Of a DNA stretch of 64,000 nucleotides, positions 17,297 through 27,487 are shown piece by piece (within the stretch, counting starts at the first letter, position 1; every line of letters starts with the position of its first letter). The DNA lies in NCBI GenBank assembly GCA_022703055.1, contig JAKLEP010000002.1, positions 288,480 to 352,479 of the forward strand, given 5' to 3'. Below the pieces are notes generated by a model that saw only the letters and a program-made list of their open reading frames with translations, ran no database searches and was not told the DNA's origin. The translations under genes and the position numbers were made by a program. This stretch comes from Candidatus Omnitrophota bacterium (lineage in GTDB: Bacteria > Omnitrophota > Gorgyraeia > VGKH01).

Positions 17297-18219
17297 TAAA
17301 AATGCCTAAACCCTTTAACGGTCAACTTTCTTTCTCTGCCCGATCCATATACAATTGAAAAACCCTTTTTTCTATCGGTTATCATACCGATCGGTCTGAT
17401 AGAAAAACTAAAATTATTCTCAAGCGCATCTTTTATAAGTTTTCGGGACTCTTTTTTCGATATAGTAAATAATAATTCAAAATCTTCGCCGTCATAAAGA
17501 GCTGATTTTAAATCTGCTGTTCTATCGATAGGAATGGCCTGGGCAAAGATAGTCGCCCCAACTCTACTTTCTTCCAAAATGTGGCTTAGATCCTGGACCA
17601 AGCCGTCAGATATATCAACCATGGAATTAATCCGGTAATTATCAACCAAGAGTCTGGCCTCATTGAGCCTGGGTATAAATCTCAGGTGTTTACCTGACTT
17701 GAAAGATCCGCCTAGAAAACCAGTGACAAAGATTAAATCTCCTACTTTCGCCTTGCTTCTTAACACTAATTTGTTCTTTTCAACTTCTCCAACCAGGGCA
17801 ATATCGATAATAATTTTATCGGAACGATTAGTATCTCCTCCGACGAGATTTATCTTGTATTTATTGGCGGTATCGATAATCCCTTTGTATAAGCTTTTTG
17901 CATAAGATATGTTTAAATCTTTTGGCAACCCCACTGACATAACTGCATACTTAGGCAAACCTCCCATTGCAGCGATGTCACTGATGCTACAAGACAGGGC
18001 TTTATGGCCGATATCATATGGATTCATATTCCGTCTAAAATGCGCTCCTTCAATCAGCATATCTACGGTCAATAATAGATATTTATCTTTATCAAAACGT
18101 AAGACCGCCGCATCGTCTCCAATGCCTCTTAAAACAGAACCATCCGTTTTTACCATTTTCTTAATCACATTGATAAACCCGAACTCGCCTATTTTTGATA
18201 ATGCCGATCTCTTTGTCAT
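17296..18219 (-). CDS. thiL: Thiamine-monophosphate kinase
   Basis: 307 aa. IGDDAAVL, DMLIEGAHF, GGDTN motifs of the AIR-synthase-related fold. Confidence 0.85.
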   Translation of the reverse strand: MTKRSALSKIGEFGFINVIKKMVKTDGSVLRGIGDDAAVLRFDKDKYLLLTVDMLIEGAHFRRNMNPYDIGHKALSCSISDIAAMGGLPKYAVMSVGLPKDLNISYAKSLYKGIIDTANKYKINLVGGDTNRSDKIIIDIALVGEVEKNKLVLRSKAKVGDLIFVTGFLGGSFKSGKHLRFIPRLNEARLLVDNYRINSMVDISDGLVQDLSHILEESRVGATIFAQAIPIDRTADLKSALYDGEDFELLFTISKKESRKLIKDALENNFSFSIRPIGMITDRKKGFSIVYGSGRERKLTVKGFRHF

Positions 18220-18220
18220 T

Positions 18221-19252
18221 TTAAAGTACTTTCTGAATATTCCTGCTAAATGGCGGCCTAATGATGCCGTTTTCAGTAACGATAGCCGTTATCAATTCAT
18301 GCGGTGTGACATCAAAAGCTGGGTTATAAACTTTAATGTTTTTGGCCGCAATACGTTTATTATTTATTATTGTTACCTCATTTGGATTTCTTTGCTCAAT
18401 AGGTATGCCTTTACCTGTTTTTAATTTCAAATCAAAGCTAGAAATTGGAGCGACAATATAAAATGGGATTTTGTGGTATTTAGCCAACACGGCCAAACTG
18501 TATGTCCCGATTTTATTTGCTGCATCTCCGTTTGAAGCGATCCTGTCTGCTCCGGTAATCACCTTATCAATCTTGCCCTTAGCCATCAGACTTGCCGCCA
18601 TATTGTCACAGATCAAAGTCGTATCAATTTTATGCTTCTTCAATTCCCAGGTAGTAAGCCGAGCGCCTTGCAAAAGCGGCCTGGTCTCGCAGGCAAAAAC
18701 CTTGATGTGCTTTCCCTTTTCTTTTGCCTTATAAAATAAAGCTAGTGCGGTGCCGTAATCTGCTGTCGCCAAAGCTCCGGCATTGCATATGGTAAGAATC
18801 CTATCGTTATTTTTAATAAGCGGCTGGCCATATTCCCCCATCTTACGCGAGATAACCCTGTCTTCTTCAAAGACTTTTTTGGCCTCTTTTAATATCAAAG
18901 CTTTAATTTCTTTAATCGGCTTATTTTTATTCTTGATAGCTAGTTTTTGTATCCGTTCCAAAGCCCAAAATAGATTTATCGCTGTCGGACGAGATGAACC
19001 TAAATATTTGATTACGCTTTTCACTTTCTTAAGAAACTGATTATTATTGCCTTTAAAATCCTTAATCCCAAGATACGCCCCGAACGCTGCTGCAACGCCC
19101 AAAGCAGGAGCGCCCCTAACCTGCATAGTTCTAATCGCCTTCCACAGAGCCTGAATATTTTTGCAATAAATGAAGTTATATCTCGTCGGTAATTTCGTTT
19201 GGTCGATAATCTTGATACTATTATTTTTAAATTCTATTGTCGGTATTGGCAT
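18221..19252 (-). CDS. mtnA: S-methyl-5-thioribose-1-phosphate isomerase (eIF-2B alpha/beta/delta-like family)
   Basis: 343 aa. VRGAPALGVAAAFG, SSRPTAINL, CETRPLLQGARLT, GADRIASNGDAANKIGTY motifs. Confidence 0.85.
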   Translation of the reverse strand: MPIPTIEFKNNSIKIIDQTKLPTRYNFIYCKNIQALWKAIRTMQVRGAPALGVAAAFGAYLGIKDFKGNNNQFLKKVKSVIKYLGSSRPTAINLFWALERIQKLAIKNKNKPIKEIKALILKEAKKVFEEDRVISRKMGEYGQPLIKNNDRILTICNAGALATADYGTALALFYKAKEKGKHIKVFACETRPLLQGARLTTWELKKHKIDTTLICDNMAASLMAKGKIDKVITGADRIASNGDAANKIGTYSLAVLAKYHKIPFYIVAPISSFDLKLKTGKGIPIEQRNPNEVTIINNKRIAAKNIKVYNPAFDVTPHELITAIVTENGIIRPPFSRNIQKVL

Positions 19253-19253
19253 T

Positions 19254-20369
19254 TTATAATCCCGCCATTTTGGCTATTAGACTTTTCTTAACAGAAATTG
19301 CGCCTTGAGGACACACCTCTTTACAGCACAGGCACAAGACACATTTTTTATTATCAATTTTAGTTTGTTTTTTCTCGATACTAATCGCCGATACCGGACA
19401 GGCCTTAAGGCACAAACCACAAACAGTACACTTGTTTCTATTGATGCTCGGCCTAAAATGCAGCAAGTTCTTCCCAACATTAAGAAACGGCTTAGGCAAT
19501 CTGTTGACTATCGAAGTTTGGGGCAATTTGTAATCAGATACGATAATATCTCTTAAATCCGCACCTACAATATCTATATTTTTTAATTCAGCATTTCCTA
19601 GGCCTCTATCGGCTGCTTCTTTTGTGCTAAGGATATCTGAAGGCTTCAAGCCCATGATTGTTGCCATAGTGCTATCCAGGGCTACGGCATCGCAACTTGC
19701 TAAAATCAATCCCAGATTACGCAGAATTCCTCCACTTGCTGGGCCATCGCCTTCCATAGCTATAATGCCATCAACAATAGAAAGCTTTGGTTTGACTATT
19801 GAATAGATATCAGCCAAAACCTTGGCCATCTCCCAAGAAGCCAAAGCCTTTTTATGTAACTCGACCTTATATAGACCAGGTATAAAGCCAAAAAGATTTT
19901 TCACTGCCCCGGTCATAGTCATCAAATCATGAGTTTTAAATTTTGGCAGAGAAATTATGCAATCGCATTCATCAACAATACTGGCTATGGGATAACCTGA
20001 TTTGATTTTAATCTGGCGGAATTTAACTAATTCTACCGCCTCTTCAAGAGCTAGCTGTTTCATCCCGGATTTTTCGTAAACATTGTCAACTTCTTCGATT
20101 TCTCCCCATACACTCGGGCTATCACCCAGGACAATCCGCGCTCCAGTTTGTTTTACTAATCTTATTACAGCCCTTACAAATTCGGGATGAGTATCTATGC
20201 CTGAATCGGGAGTACTTGCAGACAACAAATTAGGCTTTATCAATACCCTATCTGAAGACTTCACGAAGGCAGATATCCCGCCAAGCAGCTCTACCGATCG
20301 CCTGACGGCATCCTCTATTTCTCGACGCTGGTAATTATTGCATTTTACTATTGAAACCTGAGAGCGCAT
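19254..20369 (-). CDS. DUF362 domain protein with C-terminal 2x[4Fe-4S] ferredoxin domain
   Basis: 371 aa. DUF362-like N-terminus (VLIKPNLL..., HPEFVRAV). C-terminal CTVCGLCLKACP and CVLCLCCKEVCP cluster motifs. Confidence 0.75.
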   Translation of the reverse strand: MRSQVSIVKCNNYQRREIEDAVRRSVELLGGISAFVKSSDRVLIKPNLLSASTPDSGIDTHPEFVRAVIRLVKQTGARIVLGDSPSVWGEIEEVDNVYEKSGMKQLALEEAVELVKFRQIKIKSGYPIASIVDECDCIISLPKFKTHDLMTMTGAVKNLFGFIPGLYKVELHKKALASWEMAKVLADIYSIVKPKLSIVDGIIAMEGDGPASGGILRNLGLILASCDAVALDSTMATIMGLKPSDILSTKEAADRGLGNAELKNIDIVGADLRDIIVSDYKLPQTSIVNRLPKPFLNVGKNLLHFRPSINRNKCTVCGLCLKACPVSAISIEKKQTKIDNKKCVLCLCCKEVCPQGAISVKKSLIAKMAGL

Positions 20370-20378
20370 AAGAAAGGA

Positions 20379-21866
20379 TTACTCTATTCTAGGGAATAAT
20401 GGTTTGCCTTTAGAAATATTATCTTTCCCGACCTGCTGCTTAATAGCTTCAGAAGTAAAAGGCATAAAAGGATAAATCGCATCAGCTGTCTTACGTATAA
20501 CCTTAACTAACACAGCAATAAATTCTTTCAATTCACCAGTTTTATTTTCTTTGGCTAAATTCCAGGGCTTGGTATCTTCAATATATTTATTGGCCAAATT
20601 GATTAGTTCCCATATCGGTTCAAGCGCCAAGCTAAAGTTATAATCTTTTTCACCCATATTAGTTTTTATCATGGAATCAAGGGCGTTTATCTTCTCTTCA
20701 ATTTCCTTGGCCTGTTTATTCTTAAGATTTATTTCCACATTGGTAATTTCTCCCTGGAAATATTTCTCAATCATCGTCAAGGTCCGGTAAACAAGGTTGC
20801 CTAGATCATTAGCCAAATCGCCATTTTGCCTCTTTATTATGGCGTCTTCCGAGAAATTTCCATCCATTCCAAAAGGAACGTCTCTTAGAAGAAAATACCT
20901 GTAAACATCAACGCCAAATTTATCCACCATCTCAATCGGATTAACTACATTGCCACGGGATTTGGACATCTTACTTGAATCAATCATCCACCAGCCATGG
21001 GCAAAAATAGTTTTGGGAGGCTGGATATCAAGGGCTTTTAGCATTATCGGCCAGTAAACGGCATGTTGACGCAAAATATCCTTACCGATTAGATGTAAGT
21101 CCGCCGGCCACCATTCTGACTGGTATTTATCATTTTTGTCAAAACTTCCTACGGCGCTGATGTAATTTATAAGCGCATCGAACCAGACATAGGTTACATG
21201 ATTCGGGCTAAATGGAAGCGGTATGCCCCAACTTAAGCGTTCTTTGGGGCGGGAAATGCATAAATCGGATAATTTATTTAATTCTAGGAATCTTAAAACC
21301 TCTTCCCTGCGGCTTGGGGGGAAGATGAAGTCCTGATGGCTTTTGATATGATCAATTAGCCAATCTTGATATTTGGATAACTTGAAAAAATAATTTTTCT
21401 CTTCGATTTTCTCAACTGGCCTTTTGCAGTCAGGGCAATTTCCTGCCTGGATCTGTGATTCGCTCCAAAATGTCTCGCAAGGCGTGCAATACCAACCCTG
21501 GTAAACGTGTTCGTAAAGTTCCCCCTTTTTATATAAAATCTCCAGGACCTTCTGGACTGCCTTCTCATGGCGGCTTTCGGTAGTACGGATAAAATCATCG
21601 TAAGAAATATTTAATGTTTCCCAGAGTCCCTTAAAAACTGAAACTGCTTTATCGGCGAAAACTTTTGGTTCTAATCCTTGCGCCTCGGCTGCGCGCTGGA
21701 TCTTTTGGCCGTGCTCGTCTGTCCCGGTCAAGAAATGGACCTTGTGTCCCAAGTTGCGATAATACCTGGACAGGCAATCCGCAGCAATGCAGGTATAAGA
21801 ATGCCCTATATGCGGGGCAGCATTAACATAATATAATGGAGTTGTGATATAAAACTTATTATTCAT
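20379..21866 (-). CDS. metG: Methionine--tRNA ligase (short form, no C-terminal tRNA-binding domain)
   Basis: 495 aa. HIGH-type motif (PHIGHSY), KMSKS, zinc knuckle CTPCETF...CPDC. Confidence 0.9.
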   Translation of the reverse strand: MNNKFYITTPLYYVNAAPHIGHSYTCIAADCLSRYYRNLGHKVHFLTGTDEHGQKIQRAAEAQGLEPKVFADKAVSVFKGLWETLNISYDDFIRTTESRHEKAVQKVLEILYKKGELYEHVYQGWYCTPCETFWSESQIQAGNCPDCKRPVEKIEEKNYFFKLSKYQDWLIDHIKSHQDFIFPPSRREEVLRFLELNKLSDLCISRPKERLSWGIPLPFSPNHVTYVWFDALINYISAVGSFDKNDKYQSEWWPADLHLIGKDILRQHAVYWPIMLKALDIQPPKTIFAHGWWMIDSSKMSKSRGNVVNPIEMVDKFGVDVYRYFLLRDVPFGMDGNFSEDAIIKRQNGDLANDLGNLVYRTLTMIEKYFQGEITNVEINLKNKQAKEIEEKINALDSMIKTNMGEKDYNFSLALEPIWELINLANKYIEDTKPWNLAKENKTGELKEFIAVLVKVIRKTADAIYPFMPFTSEAIKQQVGKDNISKGKPLFPRIE

Positions 21867-21872
21867 GATAAT

Positions 21873-22655
21873 CTATTTATAAGATATTGAGATCTGTTTT
21901 CCTTCAGTACCGACTTCTACTACCACTGAGCGCTTCAATACATCGACGCTGATTACCTTGCCCTTGCCCTCAGGAGTATTTATCTTATCTCCCTCTTTAG
22001 GAAGATCCTTAGACAACTCTTTATAAATCTTGTATTCGTAAGACAGGCAGCACATCAACCTTCCGCAAACTCCGGATAATTTTGGAGGGTTAAGAGGCAG
22101 TCCCTGCTGTTTTGCCATCTTGATAGTTACTGGCTCAAAATTCTTTAGGTATTTCTTACAACAAAGCTCTCTTCCGCAGCTTCCGAAACCGCCGAAGAAT
22201 TTGGCTTCATCGCGCACTCCGATTTGCCTCAATTCAATTCTGGCTTTAAAAATCTTTGCCAGGTCTTTTACTAATTCCCTAAAATCAATTCTGCCCTGAG
22301 CCGTAAAATAGAAGATTATCTTGCTGCGGTCGAAAGAATATTCGGCATCGACTAATTTCATATCCAGCTTATGCTCCTCTATTTTCTTGGAGCAGGTCTG
22401 CATTACTTCTTTTATCTTATTTTTATTGTCTTCAATTTGCTTTAAGTCATTTGTCGTAGCGATACGGACAATTTTTCTTACCGGCTCATCTTTTACTTCT
22501 TCCGCCGAAACATCAGCCTCGACTACGATTTGCCCATAATCCAAACCGCGCTCAGCTTCAACTATTACATAATCGCCTGGCTTAGGCGTTAATTCGCCTG
22601 ACTCATAATAAAAAACCGCACCTGATTCTCTTAATCTTACCTGTAATTTTGCCAT
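21873..22655 (-). CDS. ricT: PSP1 domain protein (YaaT/RicT-like)
   Basis: 260 aa. PSP1-type core with C-terminal cysteine cluster GSCGRELCCKKYL...GVCGRLMCCLSYE. Confidence 0.8.
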   Translation of the reverse strand: MAKLQVRLRESGAVFYYESGELTPKPGDYVIVEAERGLDYGQIVVEADVSAEEVKDEPVRKIVRIATTNDLKQIEDNKNKIKEVMQTCSKKIEEHKLDMKLVDAEYSFDRSKIIFYFTAQGRIDFRELVKDLAKIFKARIELRQIGVRDEAKFFGGFGSCGRELCCKKYLKNFEPVTIKMAKQQGLPLNPPKLSGVCGRLMCCLSYEYKIYKELSKDLPKEGDKINTPEGKGKVISVDVLKRSVVVEVGTEGKQISISYK

Positions 22656-23608
22656 GTCTTCACCCTCAAGAACTCCAAAGAAAACTTTGGATTGATGTTA
22701 TAGTCTAGCATCGAATAAGTATCCAGTATACGATGCATTATCTTCAATAAATCTTCCGTTTTGTATTCGTTCTTTAGATTCTCTAGCTCTCTTTTTCGGT
22801 CGCTATTAATCAGATTTTCCGCTGTAAAACCGCATTTAAGAAGCAATATATCCCTGAACCAACTCATTAATATATCCAGATTATATTTAATGTCCTCTTT
22901 ATTTTTAGTATCCAAATCGAATTGTGCCTGCTTGAAATTATCCGCATTGATAAAATCATTAATGATTGCGTTTTTTTCGCTTAGGATATTCTTATCTTTT
23001 AGACTTATCGCCTTGCCTAATCTGCCTTCGGTAAAATACGATAGGTAATGACTACTCGTTTTATCCACATGAAAATCTTTTTCTAAAATTGAACTCAATT
23101 TTTCTATATCTATGCTTGAGAAGAATATCTTGCGGCAGCGGGAAGCTATCGTCGAAAAAATCTTATGCAAATGGCTTGTGGTTAATATGATGATGCTATC
23201 TCTGGGCGGCTCTTCCAAGGTTTTTAGCAAGGCATTGGCTGCTTCGGCATTCATAAAATGTGCATCCTGGATAATAAATACCTTTTTTCTCGCCTCAAAA
23301 GGCCTCAGATTAATATCATTTTCCAGCTGGCGGATATTATCAATCTTGATATCTGAGCCATCGCGCACGATTAAATGGATGTCAGGATGGATATTCTTAT
23401 TTATCTTTATGCATGACGAGCAAACATCGCAAGCATCTAGATTATTCTTCTCACAGTTTAATAGCTTGGCGAATTCCTTGGCAAGAAGGGTCTTGCCTAC
23501 ACCTTCCGGGCCGATAAATAAATAGGAACTGGCCAGCATTTCATTCTTTATCGAGCTCTTCAAGAAATTGATTACTTTATCCTGGCCGATGATATTTTCT
23601 AGCGACAT
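22637..23608 (-). CDS. holB: DNA polymerase III subunit delta'
   Basis: 323 aa. AAA+ clamp-loader N-terminus ([16 protein letters not shown]), zinc module CDVCSSC, SRC motif (ASRCRKI). Confidence 0.85.
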   Translation of the reverse strand: MSLENIIGQDKVINFLKSSIKNEMLASSYLFIGPEGVGKTLLAKEFAKLLNCEKNNLDACDVCSSCIKINKNIHPDIHLIVRDGSDIKIDNIRQLENDINLRPFEARKKVFIIQDAHFMNAEAANALLKTLEEPPRDSIIILTTSHLHKIFSTIASRCRKIFFSSIDIEKLSSILEKDFHVDKTSSHYLSYFTEGRLGKAISLKDKNILSEKNAIINDFINADNFKQAQFDLDTKNKEDIKYNLDILMSWFRDILLLKCGFTAENLINSDRKRELENLKNEYKTEDLLKIMHRILDTYSMLDYNINPKFSLEFLRVKTWQNYR

Positions 23609-24219
23609 AACAGTCTATCCGCGTATTTACGGATAATCTCCTGGTTTCTATTCTTATTATGGTTTTCTACACAAACGACTTTTATGCGCGCCGGCTCTTT
23701 TTTGGCCAGCGCTAAATAACCTTTTCTTACGCGCTTATGATAATTCAATGATTTCAATTCAATGCGGTCTTTAATCTTGCCGGCGCGCCGTAAGCCTTCT
23801 TTGGTTTCAATGTCGAGAAGGAATGTCAAATCCGGTTTGATACCTAAAGTGGCAAGATTTCCTAGCTTTTTAATCAAATCCAAATCTATACCGCCGCCGT
23901 AACCTTGATAGACGATGGTGGAATCCAGGAAGCGATCACAGATAACAATCTTTCCTTTGTCTAAAGCAGGTTTTATGACCTCTTTTACGATCTGAACTCT
24001 GGCTGCCATATAAAGTAGAGTCTCGCAGATATCAGTCATGGCTTTGTTTTTAGGATCCAGAATGATATTTCTAATCTTTTCGCTGATCCTTGTGCCGCCC
24101 GGCTCTCGGATAAGCTCGACGGAAAAACCCTTTTTCTTTAGATAATCCTTTAAGAGCTTTGCATGTGTGCTCTTGCCCGAGCCTTCGGAGCCTTCAAATG
24201 TAATAAATTTTCCTTTCAT
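23599..24219 (-). CDS. tmk: Thymidylate kinase
   Basis: 206 aa. P-loop FEGSEGSGKST, DRF motif (CDRFLDST). Confidence 0.9.
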   Translation of the reverse strand: MKGKFITFEGSEGSGKSTHAKLLKDYLKKKGFSVELIREPGGTRISEKIRNIILDPKNKAMTDICETLLYMAARVQIVKEVIKPALDKGKIVICDRFLDSTIVYQGYGGGIDLDLIKKLGNLATLGIKPDLTFLLDIETKEGLRRAGKIKDRIELKSLNYHKRVRKGYLALAKKEPARIKVVCVENHNKNRNQEIIRKYADRLLCR

Positions 24220-25601
24220 AACCTTTTCAAAGTTACACTGTTTGCCGTATCAATTACTGCATATCCAATTTTCTCTATTTCTTTGCGCTTAGAATCTGCC
24301 TCTTCAAATCTTCTGTTTTTCTTAGCCTCATCTCTTTCTTTCGTCAGCTGAACTATCTTAGAATTAATCTTTTCCTTAGGTTTAATCTTAAGACCAAATA
24401 CAAAGAAAAACTTCTCTAGTTCTGCTTTTATTTTCAAAAAACCTTCTTTTTTATCTTGAGAAATAAACTTTGAACCTAAATCTACCAATGAAAATAAACA
24501 AGCCAAAGCTTGCGGAGTATTGAAATTATCCTCCATGGCTTCTTGAAATTTCAGAGAAATATTTCCTATCTCTTTTATATCTTTTGGCGCTGTTTCTGTG
24601 CTTCTACCTATTAATCCCCAATTATTTACCTTGTCAAAGAATTCATCAAAAGATTTCTTATGTTTTTTTGCTTCTTCGATTTTTTCTAGATTATAATCTA
24701 CAGGATTGGAATAATGTGTAGATAAAAAGAATAGTTTCAAGAAATCGACATCCTTGTGATTATTTATGAAATCCTGTATCGTCACAAAATTCCCCAGCGA
24801 CTTAGCCATTTTCTGGCCGTTTATGGTTAAAAGGCCATGATGAATCCAGTGTTTGGCAAAGGGTTTTCCAGTCAGAGCTTCAGCCTGGGCAATTTCATTT
24901 TCATGGTGCGGAAAAACTAAATCCAATCCTCCGGCATGAATATCCAAAGTTTTGGTCTTTAGATATTTTAGGCTCATTACCGAACATTCAATATGCCAAC
25001 CTGGACGACCATCGCCCCATGGGCTTTTCCACGATGGCTCGCCTTCTTTTGATTTCTTCCAAAGAGCAAAATCTAAGGGGTCTTGCTTTCTATCGTCCTT
25101 TTCGATTCTTGCCCCTGCCATTATCTGCTCTAAGTTCTGGCCGGATAACTTACCGTAGTCTTTAAATTTTCTTACGCTAAAATAGACATCGCCATCAAGA
25201 ACATAAGCATAGCCTTCTTTAATCAAGCCCTGGATATGTTTAATCATATCCGAGATATTTTCCGTTGCTTTTGGCTCAAAATCAGCCTTGCCTATACTTA
25301 AGGATTTCAAGTCTTCGTAATAGCCTTTGGTATACTTTTCCGCGACTTCCTTAGCCGATAGGTTTAATTCTTTGGCTTTATTGATGATTTTATCGTCTAT
25401 ATCGGTGATATTGCGCACAAACTTGACTTTGTATCCGCGGTATTTAAGATAGCGGACAATCACATCGAATATGTAAAGGCTTCTGGCATGGCCAATGTGA
25501 CAGACATCATAAACCGTGACACCGCAAGTGTACATCTTGATAGTGCCCTTGGCGAGTTCTTTCTTCTTTTTGGTTAAAGTATTATATATTTGGACTGACA
25601 T
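24216..25601 (-). CDS. cysS: Cysteine--tRNA ligase
   Basis: 461 aa. CGVTVYDVCHIGHAR (HIGH), KMAKSLGN (KMSKS), GWHIECS zinc site. Confidence 0.9.
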   Translation of the reverse strand: MSVQIYNTLTKKKKELAKGTIKMYTCGVTVYDVCHIGHARSLYIFDVIVRYLKYRGYKVKFVRNITDIDDKIINKAKELNLSAKEVAEKYTKGYYEDLKSLSIGKADFEPKATENISDMIKHIQGLIKEGYAYVLDGDVYFSVRKFKDYGKLSGQNLEQIMAGARIEKDDRKQDPLDFALWKKSKEGEPSWKSPWGDGRPGWHIECSVMSLKYLKTKTLDIHAGGLDLVFPHHENEIAQAEALTGKPFAKHWIHHGLLTINGQKMAKSLGNFVTIQDFINNHKDVDFLKLFFLSTHYSNPVDYNLEKIEEAKKHKKSFDEFFDKVNNWGLIGRSTETAPKDIKEIGNISLKFQEAMEDNFNTPQALACLFSLVDLGSKFISQDKKEGFLKIKAELEKFFFVFGLKIKPKEKINSKIVQLTKERDEAKKNRRFEEADSKRKEIEKIGYAVIDTANSVTLKRL

Positions 25602-25633
25602 AAGAAATGTATATTAAAAGAATTATTTGATGC

Positions 25634-26299
25634 CTATTTCTTCAAATCATTAATCTGTTTCTGCAAATCATCGATTTGTTGCATAATCGGATCAAGAATA
25701 TGGATATGGTCTAAGTCAACATCCATCTTTTTGCCATCCTGTTTTGTAATCCTGCCGGGCACGCCCACAACCGTAGAATTCGGCGGCACATTTTTGATCA
25801 CCACGGCATTTGCGCCAACATAGGAATTATCACCAACTTCGATATTACCCAAAATCTTTGCGCCGGCTCCCACAACGACATTATTCCCGATAGTAGGGTG
25901 ACGCTTGCCCTTTTCCTTGCCGGTTCCCCCAAGCGTGACTCCCTGATACAAGGTTATATTATCTCCTAAAATTGAGGTTTCTCCGATTACAACTCCCAGG
26001 CCATGGTCAATAAATAGGCCTTTTCCTATTTTTGCACCGGGATGGATTTCAATCCCGGTTAAGAATTTACCAACTTGTGAAATAAGCCGCGGCAATATGG
26101 GAATCTTAACCAGCCAAAGCGCATGCGAGACCTTATAGAAAACTAGGGCATGGAAGCCTGAATAAAGTAGTACTATCTCAATTGCTGATTTAGCAGCAGG
26201 ATCTCTCTCAATGGCTGATTTTATCTCGCTACGAAAAACTATCGACACAATCAAAGCATAAAACGCGATGATAAGAATAATAGACAATAAAATAATCAT
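25634..26299 (-). CDS. cysE: Serine O-acetyltransferase (with hydrophobic N-terminal extension)
   Basis: 221 aa. [33 protein letters not shown], hexapeptide repeats. ATG 26299 has a GAGGTG RBS 7 nt upstream. Confidence 0.85.
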   Translation of the reverse strand: MIILLSIILIIAFYALIVSIVFRSEIKSAIERDPAAKSAIEIVLLYSGFHALVFYKVSHALWLVKIPILPRLISQVGKFLTGIEIHPGAKIGKGLFIDHGLGVVIGETSILGDNITLYQGVTLGGTGKEKGKRHPTIGNNVVVGAGAKILGNIEVGDNSYVGANAVVIKNVPPNSTVVGVPGRITKQDGKKMDVDLDHIHILDPIMQQIDDLQKQINDLKK

Positions 26300-26321
26300 T
26301 AAAATTCACCTCTCTTAGAAA

Positions 26322-26801
26322 TTATACCTTACTTAATAAAACTACGGCGTAAGCGGCGATAGCTTCACAGTTGCCGATAGCATCTAGCTTTTCATTAGTC
26401 GTGGCTTTGATATTGACTTTTTCTTCCTCTATTTTTAATGTCTCGGCAATCTTTTTTACCATCTGTTTTTTAAAAGGGCCTAAAATTGGCTCTTCGGCGA
26501 TAACCGCAATATCAATATTTTCAATTTGATAGTTATTTTGTTTTATTAGTTCATCAACCTTCTTTAATAATTCTAGGCTTGAGATATTATCGTAACGGGC
26601 ATCTGAAACTGGGAAATGTTCTCCGATATCGCCCTTCGCCATGGCTCCCAATATCGCATCACAAATCGCGTGCAAAACCGAATCTCCGTCGGAATGGCCC
26701 AGGAGCCCTTTGAGGTAAGGTATTTCAATCCCGCCAAGCTTCAATTTTCGATTTTCAACCAACCGATGGATATCGTAGCCCATGCCAACTTTATATTGCA
26801 T
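26322..26801 (-). CDS. ispF: 2-C-methyl-D-erythritol 2,4-cyclodiphosphate synthase
   Basis: 159 aa. GMGYDIHRL, GHSDGDSVLHAICDA motifs. Confidence 0.9.
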   Translation of the reverse strand: MQYKVGMGYDIHRLVENRKLKLGGIEIPYLKGLLGHSDGDSVLHAICDAILGAMAKGDIGEHFPVSDARYDNISSLELLKKVDELIKQNNYQIENIDIAVIAEEPILGPFKKQMVKKIAETLKIEEEKVNIKATTNEKLDAIGNCEAIAAYAVVLLSKV

Positions 26802-26803
26802 AG

Positions 26804-27487
26804 CTAAACCTTCTTTTTTAACAAAGCTTTGGCAAATAAAAGATCCTCGGGTGTGGTAATTTTAATATTCTCGTAGCTCCCAGGAACAATTCTTACATTT
26901 TTGCCAATTTTCTCAATTAAAGAAGTATCGTCGAAAGCTAATCTATATTTATTACTTTTATACGCTTTTAAGATTATGTCTTTCTTAAAAACCTGAGGAG
27001 TTTGTATCTCCCATAATACATTTCTATCTAACGTCCTTTTAACTAAAAGACTGGACGGATTTATTTCTTTTATCGTTGATTTCACCGGAACAGCCACAAC
27101 CGAAGCGCCGATTTTTTTGGCTGCGCAAATTGAATCTTTTATAATCTTCTGCGAGATAAACGGACGCACTCCGTCGTGAATAAGTATCAAATCCGCATCA
27201 CTATCCGCTGACAAGATACCATTTCGCACCGAATCAAACCTATGCTGCCCACCGGCAACTATTTTCTTAATCTTTTTCAGATTAAATCTTTTGACTTGAG
27301 CCTTAAATCTGTTTAAATAATTCTTATCTACGACTAAAACTATATTTTCAATTAATCCGCTGCGAGATAGAGCCCTTAGCGTATGAACCAGAATCGAATA
27401 GTTATCCAATAAAACTAACGGCTTTGGAACCCTCTGTTTTAGCCGGACTCCTTTTCCCGCCGCAGGAACTACAGCAACTATCTTCAT
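26804..27487 (-). CDS. ispD: 2-C-methyl-D-erythritol 4-phosphate cytidylyltransferase
   Basis: 227 aa. VVPAAGKGVRL N-terminal motif, IHDGVRPF, QTPQ. Confidence 0.9.
   Translation of the reverse strand: MKIVAVVPAAGKGVRLKQRVPKPLVLLDNYSILVHTLRALSRSGLIENIVLVVDKNYLNRFKAQVKRFNLKKIKKIVAGGQHRFDSVRNGILSADSDADLILIHDGVRPFISQKIIKDSICAAKKIGASVVAVPVKSTIKEINPSSLLVKRTLDRNVLWEIQTPQVFKKDIILKAYKSNKYRLAFDDTSLIEKIGKNVRIVPGSYENIKITTPEDLLFAKALLKKKV

Noticed and set aside
17909-18424. 171-aa plus-strand ORF spanning the thiL/mtnA boundary (and similar ones at 23112-23525, 33975-34421, 40803-41177, 45837-46184, 60153-60557, 61290-61625)
   Set aside because: All lie antisense to confidently identified genes, lack RBS signals and have no family resemblance. 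Treated as six-frame noise.
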